Below, one piece after another: positions 37,276 to 49,413 of a stretch of DNA of 64,000 nt. Made by a program: the position numbers and the translations under genes. Below the pieces are notes generated by a model. That model was not told where the DNA came from. It did no database searches and saw only the letters and a program-made list of their open reading frames with translations. The first letter of the stretch is position 1, and the number at the start of each line of letters is the position of its first letter. The stretch is taken from assembly GCA_973895155.1 (NCBI GenBank), contig OZ316895.1, positions 14,824,816-14,888,815 on the forward strand, written 5' to 3'. This DNA is from Marsupella aquatica. Taxonomy: Eukaryota; Plantae; Marchantiophyta.

Positions 37276-40200
37276 ATGGGGAAATCGTCCAAGGACAAGA
37301 GGGTAAAGGCTGTGCAAGCCCCTTCTTCATATCCTTATGCCCCATGGAGTTTTAACGATTTGGGAAGTGTGGTGGGAAGTTGGCGATTAATGGATTCAGG
37401 GTTTAGGGTTTTGGCTATGTACTTTCAATTCCATCGCCCGACTGGGATTGTTATTCGTAATACGCATTCATACGCTCAGTCTCTCTTTCTCTCTCCCGGT
37501 GGACTTTGAAATAATTTGTTCTGCGTCTTTTTTTTGGCGTCTGTTGACTTCAAAGCCTTCTAAATTAAACCTATAGAAATCGTGAGAGGATCATTTTGCA
37601 TTGATTAATAATGTATCTATGCTTCTAACTTCAGCTGTATTGTCTATTTATCTTTCAGGACATTTACTATCGAAAGGCAAAGGAGGAGGGATGGCGTGCT
37701 CGCAGTGCTTTCAAGCTCCTACAAATTGATGAAGAGTTTGACATCTTTGAAGGTCTGTAGGCAAGAATGCTTTTCTCAGCCGTTTCTCCCGTTCTTACAC
37801 ACTACAAACGAATTCCTTAAAACCTCCGCCCTCAAAATCCCGTACTTGTTTTCGGTTCTATGCATTCAGATAATTACGTGCAGAGCTTAAATCTGCAAAC
37901 TTGGCTACCTAAAACTTACAATGGAATTGATGTTGCAGGCGTGAAGCATGTGGTTGACTTGTGTGCTGCACCTGGGAGTTGGAGCCAGGTATTTTTGACC
38001 TCAATTGATTCAGGATCTCTGAATGTCTTGAAGGACTCGAGATTTGACATTTTATGGATGTCTGCAAGGTGGGTGCTTTCTTTTTGATACAGAAGGAGTA
38101 ATTAGTAAAGTTTAGGACGCAGGCGGATGCTGAGATCACTTTGCTGTGTGTCACTTGTTAATTTAGGTTCTCAGCAGAAAGGTTTACTTGCCAGCGAAGG
38201 CTGCAGCTGAAGAAAGGTTAGCACTTGCCTGTTTTTCCAAGGATTTGGCCCAAGCAAATGTTTACTGTTCTCACAATTAGAGTTCTTTTCCTTACTGCTC
38301 AATCGCCAACTTACAGATAGCTACCTTTCTTATTGCACGCTTCAGTCACCCCATAAATTGTCTTAAGCAAATATGCAGAGTTCTAAAATCCTGGCCATCG
38401 GTAGACACAATTTGCAAATTCTGAAATGGGTTGTGTCGAGATGGATCGACCAAGACTAACTTCATTGCAACGAGTTGAACAATGAGATTTTCTCTGTGGG
38501 GTTTTTAATCAGCAAAGATGATCTTCCGTTAATTGTGGCCATTGATCTTCAACCAATGGCCCCCATTGAAGGAGTTATTCAAATTCAGGGTGATATCACA
38601 AGTGGCCGAACAGCTGAACTGGTACAACATAGCTTCCCCAGTTCTTTTGCTTTGAGGCTGTTTCACATACTAGTTTCTTTTTCTACATGTGGACGTTTGC
38701 AAGTAGCAATACTAGACAGGCAAAGGATTTACACTAAGGGCACTGTTTACACAGGTTATTCAACATTTTGATGGTTGCAAGGCAGATTTGGTGGTTTGTG
38801 ACGGTGCTCCCGACGGTACGAAGCCACACACTCTGGTCACGTGTAGCATTTAGTTTGTATACACGGGTATGAGATCTGGGTTTCTTTGCTTTTCCAAGTA
38901 CATGGACTCAAAATTTCGACAAGATCTTGGGAATCTGTTTCGGTTGAACGGTTGAGGGTTTGGTTGAGAAAACAGTGGTTGACCCGTTTGCTTTGTACGT
39001 TTGGTGATTGCTTATGTCCTTGACTCCTTCTGTGGCATGTGCCAACAGTAACTGGGCTACACGATATGGATGAATTTGTCCAAACACAATTGATTTTAGC
39101 GGTATGGAGCTTTTGAAACATGTGTTTTGGATGAAATTTCGATCATGCCCTTTTGTATTGGCGAAGAGTTGTAGTACAGTAGCCTTTATTCTTGTGCTGG
39201 GGTCCTTATGTTCTGCCGAAATTGCGAGATAGCGTCCACTAATCGGAGAGAGTGGAAAACTATAATGTTTTGATGGGTCCCTATCTGCTTGTTGTTGATC
39301 GACGTGAAAATTTGCGTCTGTGGATATCTCAATTTCACTGCTGGTCTTCATCTAATGATTCAGAGTGGGTATTCACTAAGGGTGAGAGTAATTGCAGGCC
39401 TTGACCATCGTTACCAATGTTCTTCGCAAAGGAGGGAATTTTGTTGCCAAGATCTTTAGAGGGAAGGACATCAGCCTTCTCTATGCCCAGGTGTGCAGTC
39501 TAATGCCTATGTTATTCATCAATTTGGATACTAGGTGTTGTCCCTCGTGAGTGTGGAACAAAGGATTTAGTGAATTCTTTCATCGTATAGCCTAGTAGTT
39601 CATGGGAGTCCTATCAGATAGTACTATTTATGTGCGTTTTCGTCAACTGTAAAGGGACCAGATGAGTACTTGTACAACGCCTTTGACTTTTCCCTGACGT
39701 TTAAGTGCAGCTGAAGATATTCTTCCCAACTGTGACTTGTGCGAAGCCAAAAAGTAGTCGTAATTCAAGTATTGGTACGCATATTCCATGGCTTTGGACA
39801 CTTCCCTTGTCATATTTTTTGATCGCTAATCAATGGTGGATATATAAGTGGTGACGGACTTGTGGACTAGCATTTCGTTGCTTTGTGCAGGTCACTTGCA
39901 GTAAGTGGGAGTTCGTTGATTTTCTCATAATGATTTGCTAAGTTCGCCTTCTTGTTTATGGCAGAGGCTTTTGTTGTCTGTCAAGGGTATAGTCCTCCAG
40001 AGGGCTTCAACTCAAAAGATCTTCAAAAAATGCTTGAAACAATAAGTGGTAAACATGATGACTTAGGTAAGCTGGCCTTCCTGTCGCTCTCTGATATGCT
40101 CATCTTTTCAACGGAGGGTGATTGAATAGTCATATAACAGAAGTACAACATTGAGTCCCAACTCTGAGGAGCTCCTCTACTGAAGGGATCAAACCATGCT

Positions 40201-40618
40201 AAAGGAAGGGTAGGGTGCAGTAAGTGACTTCCATGTTTACTAGTTTTAACCTTATGTGATCAATCTTCCGCGATCAATGTGTTACAATCAAGCATGCAAG
40301 AGGTTTGGAATTTTCCTCGGTTGTGTTGAGAATAAACCAGGGAAAATGCTCTGACCTGTATGCTTGCTCGTCGCACTTGAAAATAGGCAGAAGTTGATCA
40401 TTGCACTCTGTTGTTTGCTGGCAGATTGTAGCAGCTCTTGGCTGGAAGGACCCAACAAGATTATTATCCCATTTTTGGCTTGTGGGGACTTGAGTGGTTA
40501 TGACGCTGATCAATCCTATCCTCTCTCAATCTCAACCCAACGACTCGCACCAGTGCAGCCACCCATAGCCCCACCGTACAAAACTGCAATAGAGCTCGTG
40601 AAACACTCTCGACAATAG
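37276..40618 (+). CDS. TRM7: tRNA (cytidine32/guanosine34-2'-O)-methyltransferase (Trm7/FTSJ1); 11 exons ~37276-37302, 37659-37752, 37939-37988, 38167-38216, 38513-38621, 38755-38815, 39049-39111, 39398-39490, 39711-39774, 39965-40066, 40425-40618
   Basis: [105 protein letters not shown]; all introns GT-AG. Confidence 0.95.
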
Positions 40619-41444
40619 CTTCTTTTACGAAGGAAACATTTTAGGTTAGGCAGTGAGCGGACATTTAGAATTTGAATTAGTTTAGGACAGCAATTTAATC
40701 CGCTGCAGTGTATGCTTGTTGTGCTGTCATAATGATCTATTCACACAAGTTAAAGAAAATTGGCAGCAGAAGGACAATGTCCATGGCTCTACGACACAGC
40801 ATAGTATGAATGGGGTTGACTAGAAGTGTTATTTAACCAGATGTTTACCAGGCTTGGTTCCTCTGTCCTCAAGAATGAGTTATGATAGTTAAGATTTCCA
40901 GGAATGTTCACTGAAAATTGTGATACCAAAAAAGTCCAAATCTCCCCTTTTTTTTATGGTGGGGGAGATTTCCTTCCGCCTCTGGTCGGCAGGCTGTGCT
41001 GTAGTGTCTGGCCTGCTGCTCCCTTGGGTTTGTTTTCTCTGTGCCTGCTTATTTGCACCTTATGTGACTACAAAACATTGCCTTTCTCTAAACAAATATG
41101 TAAATCATGAAAGGGTTTTGGGTGTATAAGCATCAGAACGATCCAACAAAACAATGTAACTAACGCACTACAAAAAGCCACTTCCTTAAGTTTGTGTGTC
41201 TGTATGCCCGCATGTTTTCAGAGTATGTGAGTTTTAATTCATTTGACACAACATCGCCTTTCTCTGAAAACTATTTAATTCATGACGAGGGTTTAGGGTG
41301 CATATAACAGATCTAACAGAACAATGCCACTAATGCACTACAAAAATAGGGGGATCATGGTGTCCATCATGTCACAACTCTCATGTTCAAACAAGACACT
41401 ATACATATATAAAATAAAGCTGCCAAAGAACAGAAAACTCCAAA

Positions 41445-41675
41445 AGGCGAGCCCGGATTCCAAACGGCAAGAGACCAAATAAAGAAAGGCAAACAAAGGG
41501 AAAACCCAGGAAGGCCAAAGAGTAAAGAAAACTTCCCAACTGCAAGAGGCCCAATAAAGAAAGACAAACAAAGGGAAAACCCAGGAAGGCCAAACTAAGA
41601 GTTAAAAAACTAGCAAAGGCAAGAGACCCAATAAAGAAAGACAAACAAAGGGAAATCCAAGTAAGGCCATTGGCC
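41445..41675. repeat. Degenerate tandem repeat, ~3 x 75-80 bp, purine-rich
   Basis: Recurrent CAAGAG.CCCAATAAAGAAAG.CAAACAAAGGGAAAACCCAGGAAGGCCAAA. Confidence 0.75.
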
Positions 41676-42323
41676 AAAGAGTGACAAAAAAAACCAGGAG
41701 TCCCCCACTAGATCAAAGGAACGAAATTCTTACTTAAAGAGACCCTTTACAGATCACATCTGAAATCACATCTGAGTCAAAAGTGTACAAGGCGATATCC
41801 GAGTCTACTTTGATATGTGAGATAGATTATCCTAGCTTCAGGGACAGTCCATCCCACCTTCACCGACAAACCTCTCAATTCATCCCAGCTTAAGTTTCGG
41901 ACTTTTGTCCACGCATTTGGGATCCTCTATCCCCGTTTGGCGCTTTTGTACTTTTGGAATGGAATAGAAAGGGGAGCTGGACCCACACAGAAGTTCGTTT
42001 TTGGCTCTACCGTAGTATGAAGAGAATCTGAGATCACCATCGTCCTTTCATCCTGTCTCCGAGTGGGAACTGAGAATGTTTGGTTTCAATCTGTTCGAAG
42101 ATTTTCAGCGAGAGGCACTCCCGAACCTGTCCAGCCGATCGATACGTTTTCCTAGATGTTCAAGCAAACCTAGTAGAGAAAGAATTGCGGCCTCGATGCA
42201 TCATGTGCTAGAGTAGGAGATTCCGAGGCCGGGCAGAGTAGCCTCACAGTATGAAGCTGAATGTTCTTGCTCCTCTGTGGTGAGCTTCACCTCCCTTTGG
42301 TGTGTTTGCCGTATCTTACGAGA

Positions 42324-45202
42324 ATGCAGGCCCAGGTTCTCTGTTCGTCCTCTGCTGCGGCTGCCTCTTCCCAGTATGACGTCGCCAATTGTAGACTTTC
42401 CAACAATTTTTTGTCAAAGAACAGACTGGCGTTGGAGAAGAAGAGAAGGTTTGGCTCCGTATGCATGAGAAATGGTAGGAAGGGTCTGCCGGCCATGAGA
42501 ATTGTGTTTCAGACCGCAAGCAAAGAGTCGGAGAAATCTGTGGCCGAATCTCCTTCAAGTGGGTTGAATGCGAAAGATTTGGAGGAACGGGATGAGAGCC
42601 TGGAGCAGCAGGAATTGCTGTCTAGCACTGGAGCATCGGCACCATATCCTCCTGGCACTTCTTTCAGGGAATTGAGCTTCACGGATCATCATCTTCTGCT
42701 TCTCGGCTTTGTTGCCTGCCTGGTAAGTAGGCAACCAGAGTATCTAGGAATTTGGTGTCCTTCTGACTGGTACATTATGCATATTGGAAGAATTTTTACC
42801 TGCAGAGTGTGGCTGGAATTTTGTTGTTTCGAACTGATCCGATTCGTCCCAACTCTCGCATTGGTTTTGCTCTCGCTGAGATCTCATATGTGTATCACGG
42901 GGTGTGAAGCTCATCCATCCTTTTTCCCTGTCTTCACCCGATGTGCTGGGACCTGTGGTTGAGATACATGGGACAGCAGAAGTCTCGCCACCTACCCTTA
43001 GAAGTTGGTGGCGAGAAGGTTACTAACTTGTAGGCAGCAGTAGGGCAGCGGATGCCTTTGCAAGACATGTTTCCGTGTCTGTAAGAAATTCAGGACCTGT
43101 CCTGGTTTTGCGTTTAGAAATGTTCTCCTTCAATTCAATTTGTTCAAAACTTTCAATGTCTGTAAAATTGCTATCCCCATCTGTAATGTTGAGTTAAGGT
43201 CAGTCCTTGAGCACTGTGAATGAGAATTGATTCTACTGGTCATTTAGTATGATTTTTCCATGTAGCTTAGAAACACTAAAATGTATCTCTGCACTCTCAC
43301 TTTGTGATTTGTCAACTTCTCATTGATTTGTGTGTGCACCGTGCAGATGACCGGCGCTTTGTCTTGTGTTATGCTTGCGGCTATCCCTACTCTGATTGTA
43401 TGATTCTGCTCCACTCTCAAGCTCCTGTTTTTCTGTTGATGTGTGAGAGTTCACTCCTGCTTTAGCCTTGGGTTTCGTGTCAGGAGGCATGACGTGTGTT
43501 CCTCTTTGGATTGCTTGCCCTAAAGGTGCTGCAAGCTCGTAGAACTAAGATAGTCGTTGTAAGATGACAGATCAGGCTTAGTGGAGTACACATGAATCTC
43601 TTGTTCACTCAATTACTAGGGACCACGGTTAGAATGAAACCTTTAAAGTTAGAAAATAGAGTTTTGTATATCGAAGGTTTGTATGCATTTCTAGAGAACG
43701 TTCGGGACGGGTACTGTTCGCTTTTTCTGCGTCACTTGAAGACTCTGAAACTATTACGAGTTTAGGTGGCTTACATTTTTGGAATGAAAGGCCCGAAAAG
43801 AATTGGGCCCCGTCATTTTAGACAGGCTCCGCTGACTAGTGGTTTTCGTGTAGGCCATGAAGAAAGCTGCTGAGTCATTAGGAAAACTAGCAGATACTGC
43901 GCGGGAGGAGCTTCCTGGGACAATGGCTGCTGTCAGATTGTCTGGAATGGAAATCAGTGATCTGACAATGGAACTAAGTGATCTAGGGTACGTTTGAAAG
44001 CGAAGAGCTTAGCTTCCTGTTTTTCGTTTTGATGTCGATTTGGGTTCCTACATTGCAGTGTCCTTCCACATATTGGAAAGTGAGTTGTGTTGTAGATGGT
44101 TGATGAAAATTGCGCATCTTTGAGGGTAGATTTGCAATTATGAACCTGTTGCTACAGCATCTTTGGCGTATAGGTCTCCGTCCCTGGCCTCTCCCATGAC
44201 ACGCTGTAGTCGTGTTGGGTAAACAAAAGCCTATGCTGTTTAGTTACATGCTGATGAGCTTTTGAATTGTTAATCACTTGTATGCTGTGATTCTCACTTC
44301 TGACAGTATACTCGGTCTGCATTGCAGTCAGGAAATATCTGCAGGGGTGAGAAATTCTTCTCGTGCAGTTCGTGCTGCTGAGGATGGCCTTCGCCGTATT
44401 GGCAATTTTACTTCTGTTGGTGAGAAACTGTCCAGGCCTTGACATTTAATGTCTGGTAGAAGAGTCTATTAGATTTGGGTCCTAGTACACCTTCGCCTGC
44501 TACTGCGACTTGGAGTTCTTCATTATAGAATTGAGGATTCCTGATCTGGGATCTCTGATTGTGAAGGTAAGATTTGAACTGCATTGGAATAATATCGTAG
44601 GAGAGTTTTCAGTTGAACTCTTCCACACCCACGCATACTCCCCCAAAGAAGCCTGGCGAGCATTTGTGTGACCTAAGATTGTAAATGGAAGGAGAGCTAC
44701 TTGTCAAACATGGAGGCCATAATAATTAATCATGGAAACGGTCGTTCATTTCCATTACAAAGTTGAGATGCCTTTCAAACACAACAACCTTCTTCCGGGT
44801 ATGGTAGTACAGAAGATCAAGGTTCATTCAAGTTCACATGTGCATTTACCTTAACCTGAAAGGTTTGGAAGTGAAATCTGGTAAGTTTGGCCATCTGAAT
44901 CAGTCGCTCCCCACGATGTTGCCAATAAACATCCTGGAATTTATGAAATTGAAGTTTTGAGGACACCTTTGCCAACCAAATTTGTGCTCTTCACTGGGAT
45001 AGCTGTGCTGCAGGAGAGGGTGAACGGGCAGGTGGAGGTGGCGAGGCCAGCAGTGGCTCGCGCAGCAAGAAGTACTCGAGAGGCACTGATGCGAGCTCGC
45101 AGTTTGGTGCACAGCTTGATAACTCTGGCTCGTCTGTCTAGCTGGTTGGGTCGGTTCTGGACATTCATCAGGCCTTGGGAAAGAAAAGTAATATCTTCTT
45201 AG
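42324..45202 (+). CDS. Probable plastid-targeted DUF948-like membrane protein; exons ~42324-42722, 43347-43397, 43854-43987, 44328-44419, 45003-45202
   Basis: Ser/Ala/Arg-rich transit-peptide-like N-terminus, hydrophobic segment LLLLGFVACL-MTGALSCVMLAAIPTL, and conserved KLADTAREELPGTMAAVRLSGMEISDLTMELSDLGQEI (plant/cyanobacterial family, from recall); phases join through GT-AG introns. Confidence 0.82.
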
Positions 45203-46843
45203 TCTCGGTAGAATTATGTCCTTTCAAAGAAATATATAGATAATGTCATTCTTATAATTCCCTGAGAAGCATATGATGGGTATTTCAACAGCTCTTAAAA
45301 TCGCTCGACTCGGTGGTAGCATCCGATCTGGCCTACTTTTGTGCGATTGTTGTAAGCGGTTGGAAGAGCACGGTGGAGGAGGTGCTGAAGATGAAGCGAT
45401 TGCACTCCATACTTTTGCTGCAGTACTCCCTATAAACATTTTGAACATGATGCAGGTGCCCAAAGTCGATAGAGGTGGAGGCCAACAAGTACAAAAGTAT
45501 AATTGAGTGTCAGCAGATTTGATACTGAGTGCCGGAAATTAATGTTGCTTGTAGTAATCGTTCATCAAATAGGAGGAGGCAGTGAGGCAAGGCAGGATGT
45601 TGATGTCAACCTGGGGTAAAGGAAGTAAATGGAAGAATCCTGCAATGAAGGTGGCCTATTGAATAGCCCTAAGAAATTTGTTGCTGCAAATGGAGAGCAC
45701 GTGATTCATGCCTTAGTGTCTGCTCATTTAATGGATGGATCGCTTCCAAAAGGCATTGACACTTCTTCTAAACCAAGTAGGAAAACGATGGTCGATATGT
45801 CTTGATCGAGCGAATGTAGGGTATTCGTGCGTTTTGATTTGCGTTTTCATTGATGAAGGACGAATATGGAGTTCCTCTATGGACAGGTGGGAATCTAGAA
45901 TGTCCGCAATAGCTGTGGCAAAATAACATGACAGACGTCACTGAGGAAGCTCATGAGGCTTTGTGTAACTAAACTCCTAATTCCGTGGAAAAGCTCATGT
46001 GGACTTGTGCAAGTAAACTCTGAGTCCCCTCCAACACTAAAAGGGGACAATTTATATCCTTGTGGACACGTTAAGTTTTACATTATGCTTAAACCACACT
46101 TGCCCACATAAAAGCCCCCTTAAGTTTTTAAAATCACACTTGCCCGGATAAAAGCCCCCTTAAGTTTTTGTCTATGCTTAAACTACTCCCTCATTGCTCC
46201 TCCTCATTCCATTCCAGTGATGAAGAGTGTCTCACCATAAAAGGTGGAGCACTCACCACCTTTTGTGGAGCTCAAACCTATTCCTGAATTGGAATTGTGC
46301 ACTTTATAATGAGAGCTATGGGTAACCTGAAATTCTTTATAGGTGCAGTTGTGGTTTAACAAAATTATGGCCACATTCCTCAATAAGGTCTAGGAGTTAT
46401 TGGATCTATGTTTGATGAGTTTTCATGGTTCTCTTTTTCACTCTTTGCACCCTCTAAGAAGTAAATGACTGTGATACTGGACCTTAGAACTCTAAAGACT
46501 AACTCTTTTTGACATAAAAAAAAGGCAAACATTTCTACAAAGGAAGGGTCTTATCTTGGTAAAATGTACCATTTCATAATGGTTGAAGTGAATATTGACC
46601 GTCCATTTGAGCATCTTGTTGAATGCTAGTCTTGTTAAATGTTGTGATAAATTACATGGGAGTTTCAATTTTCACGAAATGAACCATCGTTATTTTGATA
46701 ATCCAGATTCTAAATATTCAACCTGGAGCCAAGCCTGGGGCAACCCTAAACAACTTGTAGTGGTTTGGTATATCCACATCATTTGAACCAAAACAAATAC
46801 CAAATAAACAACATATTGATTACAAGAATAAAAGGATGGAGGA

Positions 46844-47197
46844 TGCTGGAGAACATTTTAAAATATGACGTTTTTCTCAACGATAAGATCACAAATCAAC
46901 CCATGCACACGTAGTCGACACAATCAATATATGTGGTTCACCTCTTCGCCAAGGCTACATCAACACGAAAATGAAAGCTTTTCTTAAGAGTAGACTCGTT
47001 AATAGTATGGAGTCTCAACAAACCAAGAGCTCTCTCTCTCGCTCTGTGGATAAATGGTGGCACTTGACTTACAGTATAAAAATTAAAACATACATACAAC
47101 CAGCCCTATTCTACGCCCATATCATATACCAACATATACTCCATCTAAATATGTAACTCATGGATTAGGTTTAAGCTCAACATAACCGCCTCCCTGG
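46844..47197 (-). mobile_element. Possible old 3' LTR with adjacent PPT-like tract
   Basis: Contains GTCGACAC..GTGGTTCACCTC..AGGCTAC block shared with the copia LTR; ends GCTCAACA (47182) followed by TAACCGCCTCCCTGG (purine-rich on minus). Boundaries uncertain. Confidence 0.4.
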
Positions 47198-47317
47198 CGG
47201 CAGCCCTAAAAAAAAGTAACGGCCGCATATCCTCTGGCCGCTGCATCCTAAGATCCCCTGGCTAGCTTATAAAAGCAAAGAAACTGATCACTACGCTCAT
47301 TCTCTGATCAACTCTTT

Positions 47318-47661
47318 TGTTAGATATTGCTCTAGTCTTGTGACTCATGAGCTAACCATAGTTAGTCTAAATCGGGTTAGGACTTAGCTAATGTTAGCGG
47401 TAGTGTTGTTGTGCATATAGCCAGGGCTGATGCCAAACCCTGGTGGAATTTAGGCTCATTGTTACGGAGCTAGTTGAGAGATAGGGAGAGCTTGTGCTAT
47501 GGATGCTTGGTATGGCCGGTCGGCCTAGAGTGCAGTAAAGCTCTTGTGTGTTCCCGTGGACGTAGCCTCATGTGAAGGTGAACCACGTATCTCTCTGTGT
47601 CGACTATTGTGCGTTGGATGGTCCATGGGCTTGCCATTGCAAATGTCGTCTATGCTCAACA
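47318..47661 (+). mobile_element. Solo LTR (344 bp), same family as the intact copia
   Basis: TGTTAGATATTG...GCTCAACA, close reverse-complement match to 18274-18617; TSD TCTTT both sides. Confidence 0.93.
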
Positions 47662-49413
47662 TCTTTCAGCACTTCTTCTCAAGAGTAGTAAAATACTAGA
47701 GAGATCCATGACTGCGCTTGACTATGTTTTCTCCCAACATTTTTGTCTACTCCCTTCTCTCAACAGTAGCAAAGTACTCGTGAGATCCATGATTGCTCCT
47801 GATTATGTTGTTTCCAAGACATCCAGCTACATTGGAAGTTGTAATTTATCTTTGGACTATTCCTTCTGACAGATTCTTTAGCTATAGTGACTTCTTCACA
47901 CCTTTTCTTTGGCAACTGTCGTAGCTTTCTTGCTTGTTATTTTCTACCAATTATTTACTGCTCTGGAGCATCTATTGGAGTGCCTTCTGCACAAAGCAAT
48001 ATTTTGTCAGTTTTTTCACACGGGCTCCACCAATATGGCACGAGGACCACAGGTATGACACAGGATTCGCTTGGCTTGAACAAAGTATTTCCTAATTATT
48101 TCTTACTCCTTCTTTCTGTATAGTGCTAGCCTGAAATTAATGTACTTCTCCCCGTTACCGCCGCGGTTCAATGGTAGCAAAAACGTACAACAAGAATCAT
48201 TTTTTTTGGAAAATTTGATTCACCCTGGGGACGGGGGCTGAATGACGACCTCAGGGATGTATTGCAATCTGTGTCCACTGCTCTTTAATTTCAGTTGATG
48301 GTCTACCTCTGTTTGCTTGACCAGCTTATATGAGGCACCGCTTGGAAAAAAAATCCCCTCAATATTAAGGGTCTTCCTGATCTAGTGGCACTTGAGGTGT
48401 GACTCTGGATTTTCTCACATATATAAGAGATTATTATCAGTCTTAATATTTCACACTTGACCTGATTCTTACTTATTGTGTTATGATTTATCGTTTATTT
48501 GTATCCCATGCCATATGCTAATGATACCTAGTCTAATTGATCTGTCCAGTCACTAGTAGAAACCGGGGTGTTTTATGACTAAAGTTTGGGGGGTATCAAG
48601 CCAGTCGTAATTTTGACATAGCGTCTTATTTAAAGTGACTGAAATCGAGTGGTCAGCTATGTGACTAGGGTTTAAGACACATTTTGTGACTAATAACGAC
48701 CAAATCCGTACTTGGGCATTTTGGGATTTGGAGAAGGTGTAGTCTTACAAATGACTGCAAAGTAGTCATTTGTATGACTCAAAATGAGGTATGAATTAGT
48801 CACAAACAGTCAGTGAGGAAGAGTTTCCTTTTGCATATATGACTGGTGCTATGGTTCAATAATGGAACACAGGCGACTGATTATGACTAGTTGGTCTTAA
48901 AAGTTTAGAGTGTATGGGCACATTAGTGACAGATGATGACTACAGATGACCAATCATCCTGAAAAATCTTAAGATTGGGCTAGACTGGTTGGTCTTATTG
49001 GGGACCACGATGTAATATATCACGGTCATATCTTAATGACCCAAAATGACTCATTAGTCTAGTTCACGACTGCATTCTTTGACCCTTTTGGTCAAAATTT
49101 AGACTCGACCTAAGGCAATTGCAGCCTGCACATAGCACTAGAAACATGACTAATAGTCAACTCAAGCATACAAACATACATTCAAGCACTCAAGCATACA
49201 AGTACACAAGTCTTACATGAAAACATGAGAGACAACATAGTTCTATTCGAATCTTAGAACTCATATTAACTATTGAACATACATGCATAATTTCATACAA
49301 ACTGTGGATGATCCAGTGAATGATCCAGTGAATCTCAATTCAACTCTGCATTATGAAATATCTAGGTAACATTTGGCACCAATCATGCAGTTGTTTCTAA
49401 GTTTAGGCTAAAA

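Noticed and set aside
45945-46175. Short two-copy repeats (also 36690-36735, 47677-47815 and CTCAA run 25358-25383)
   Set aside because: Ordinary local duplications or microsatellites without further structure.
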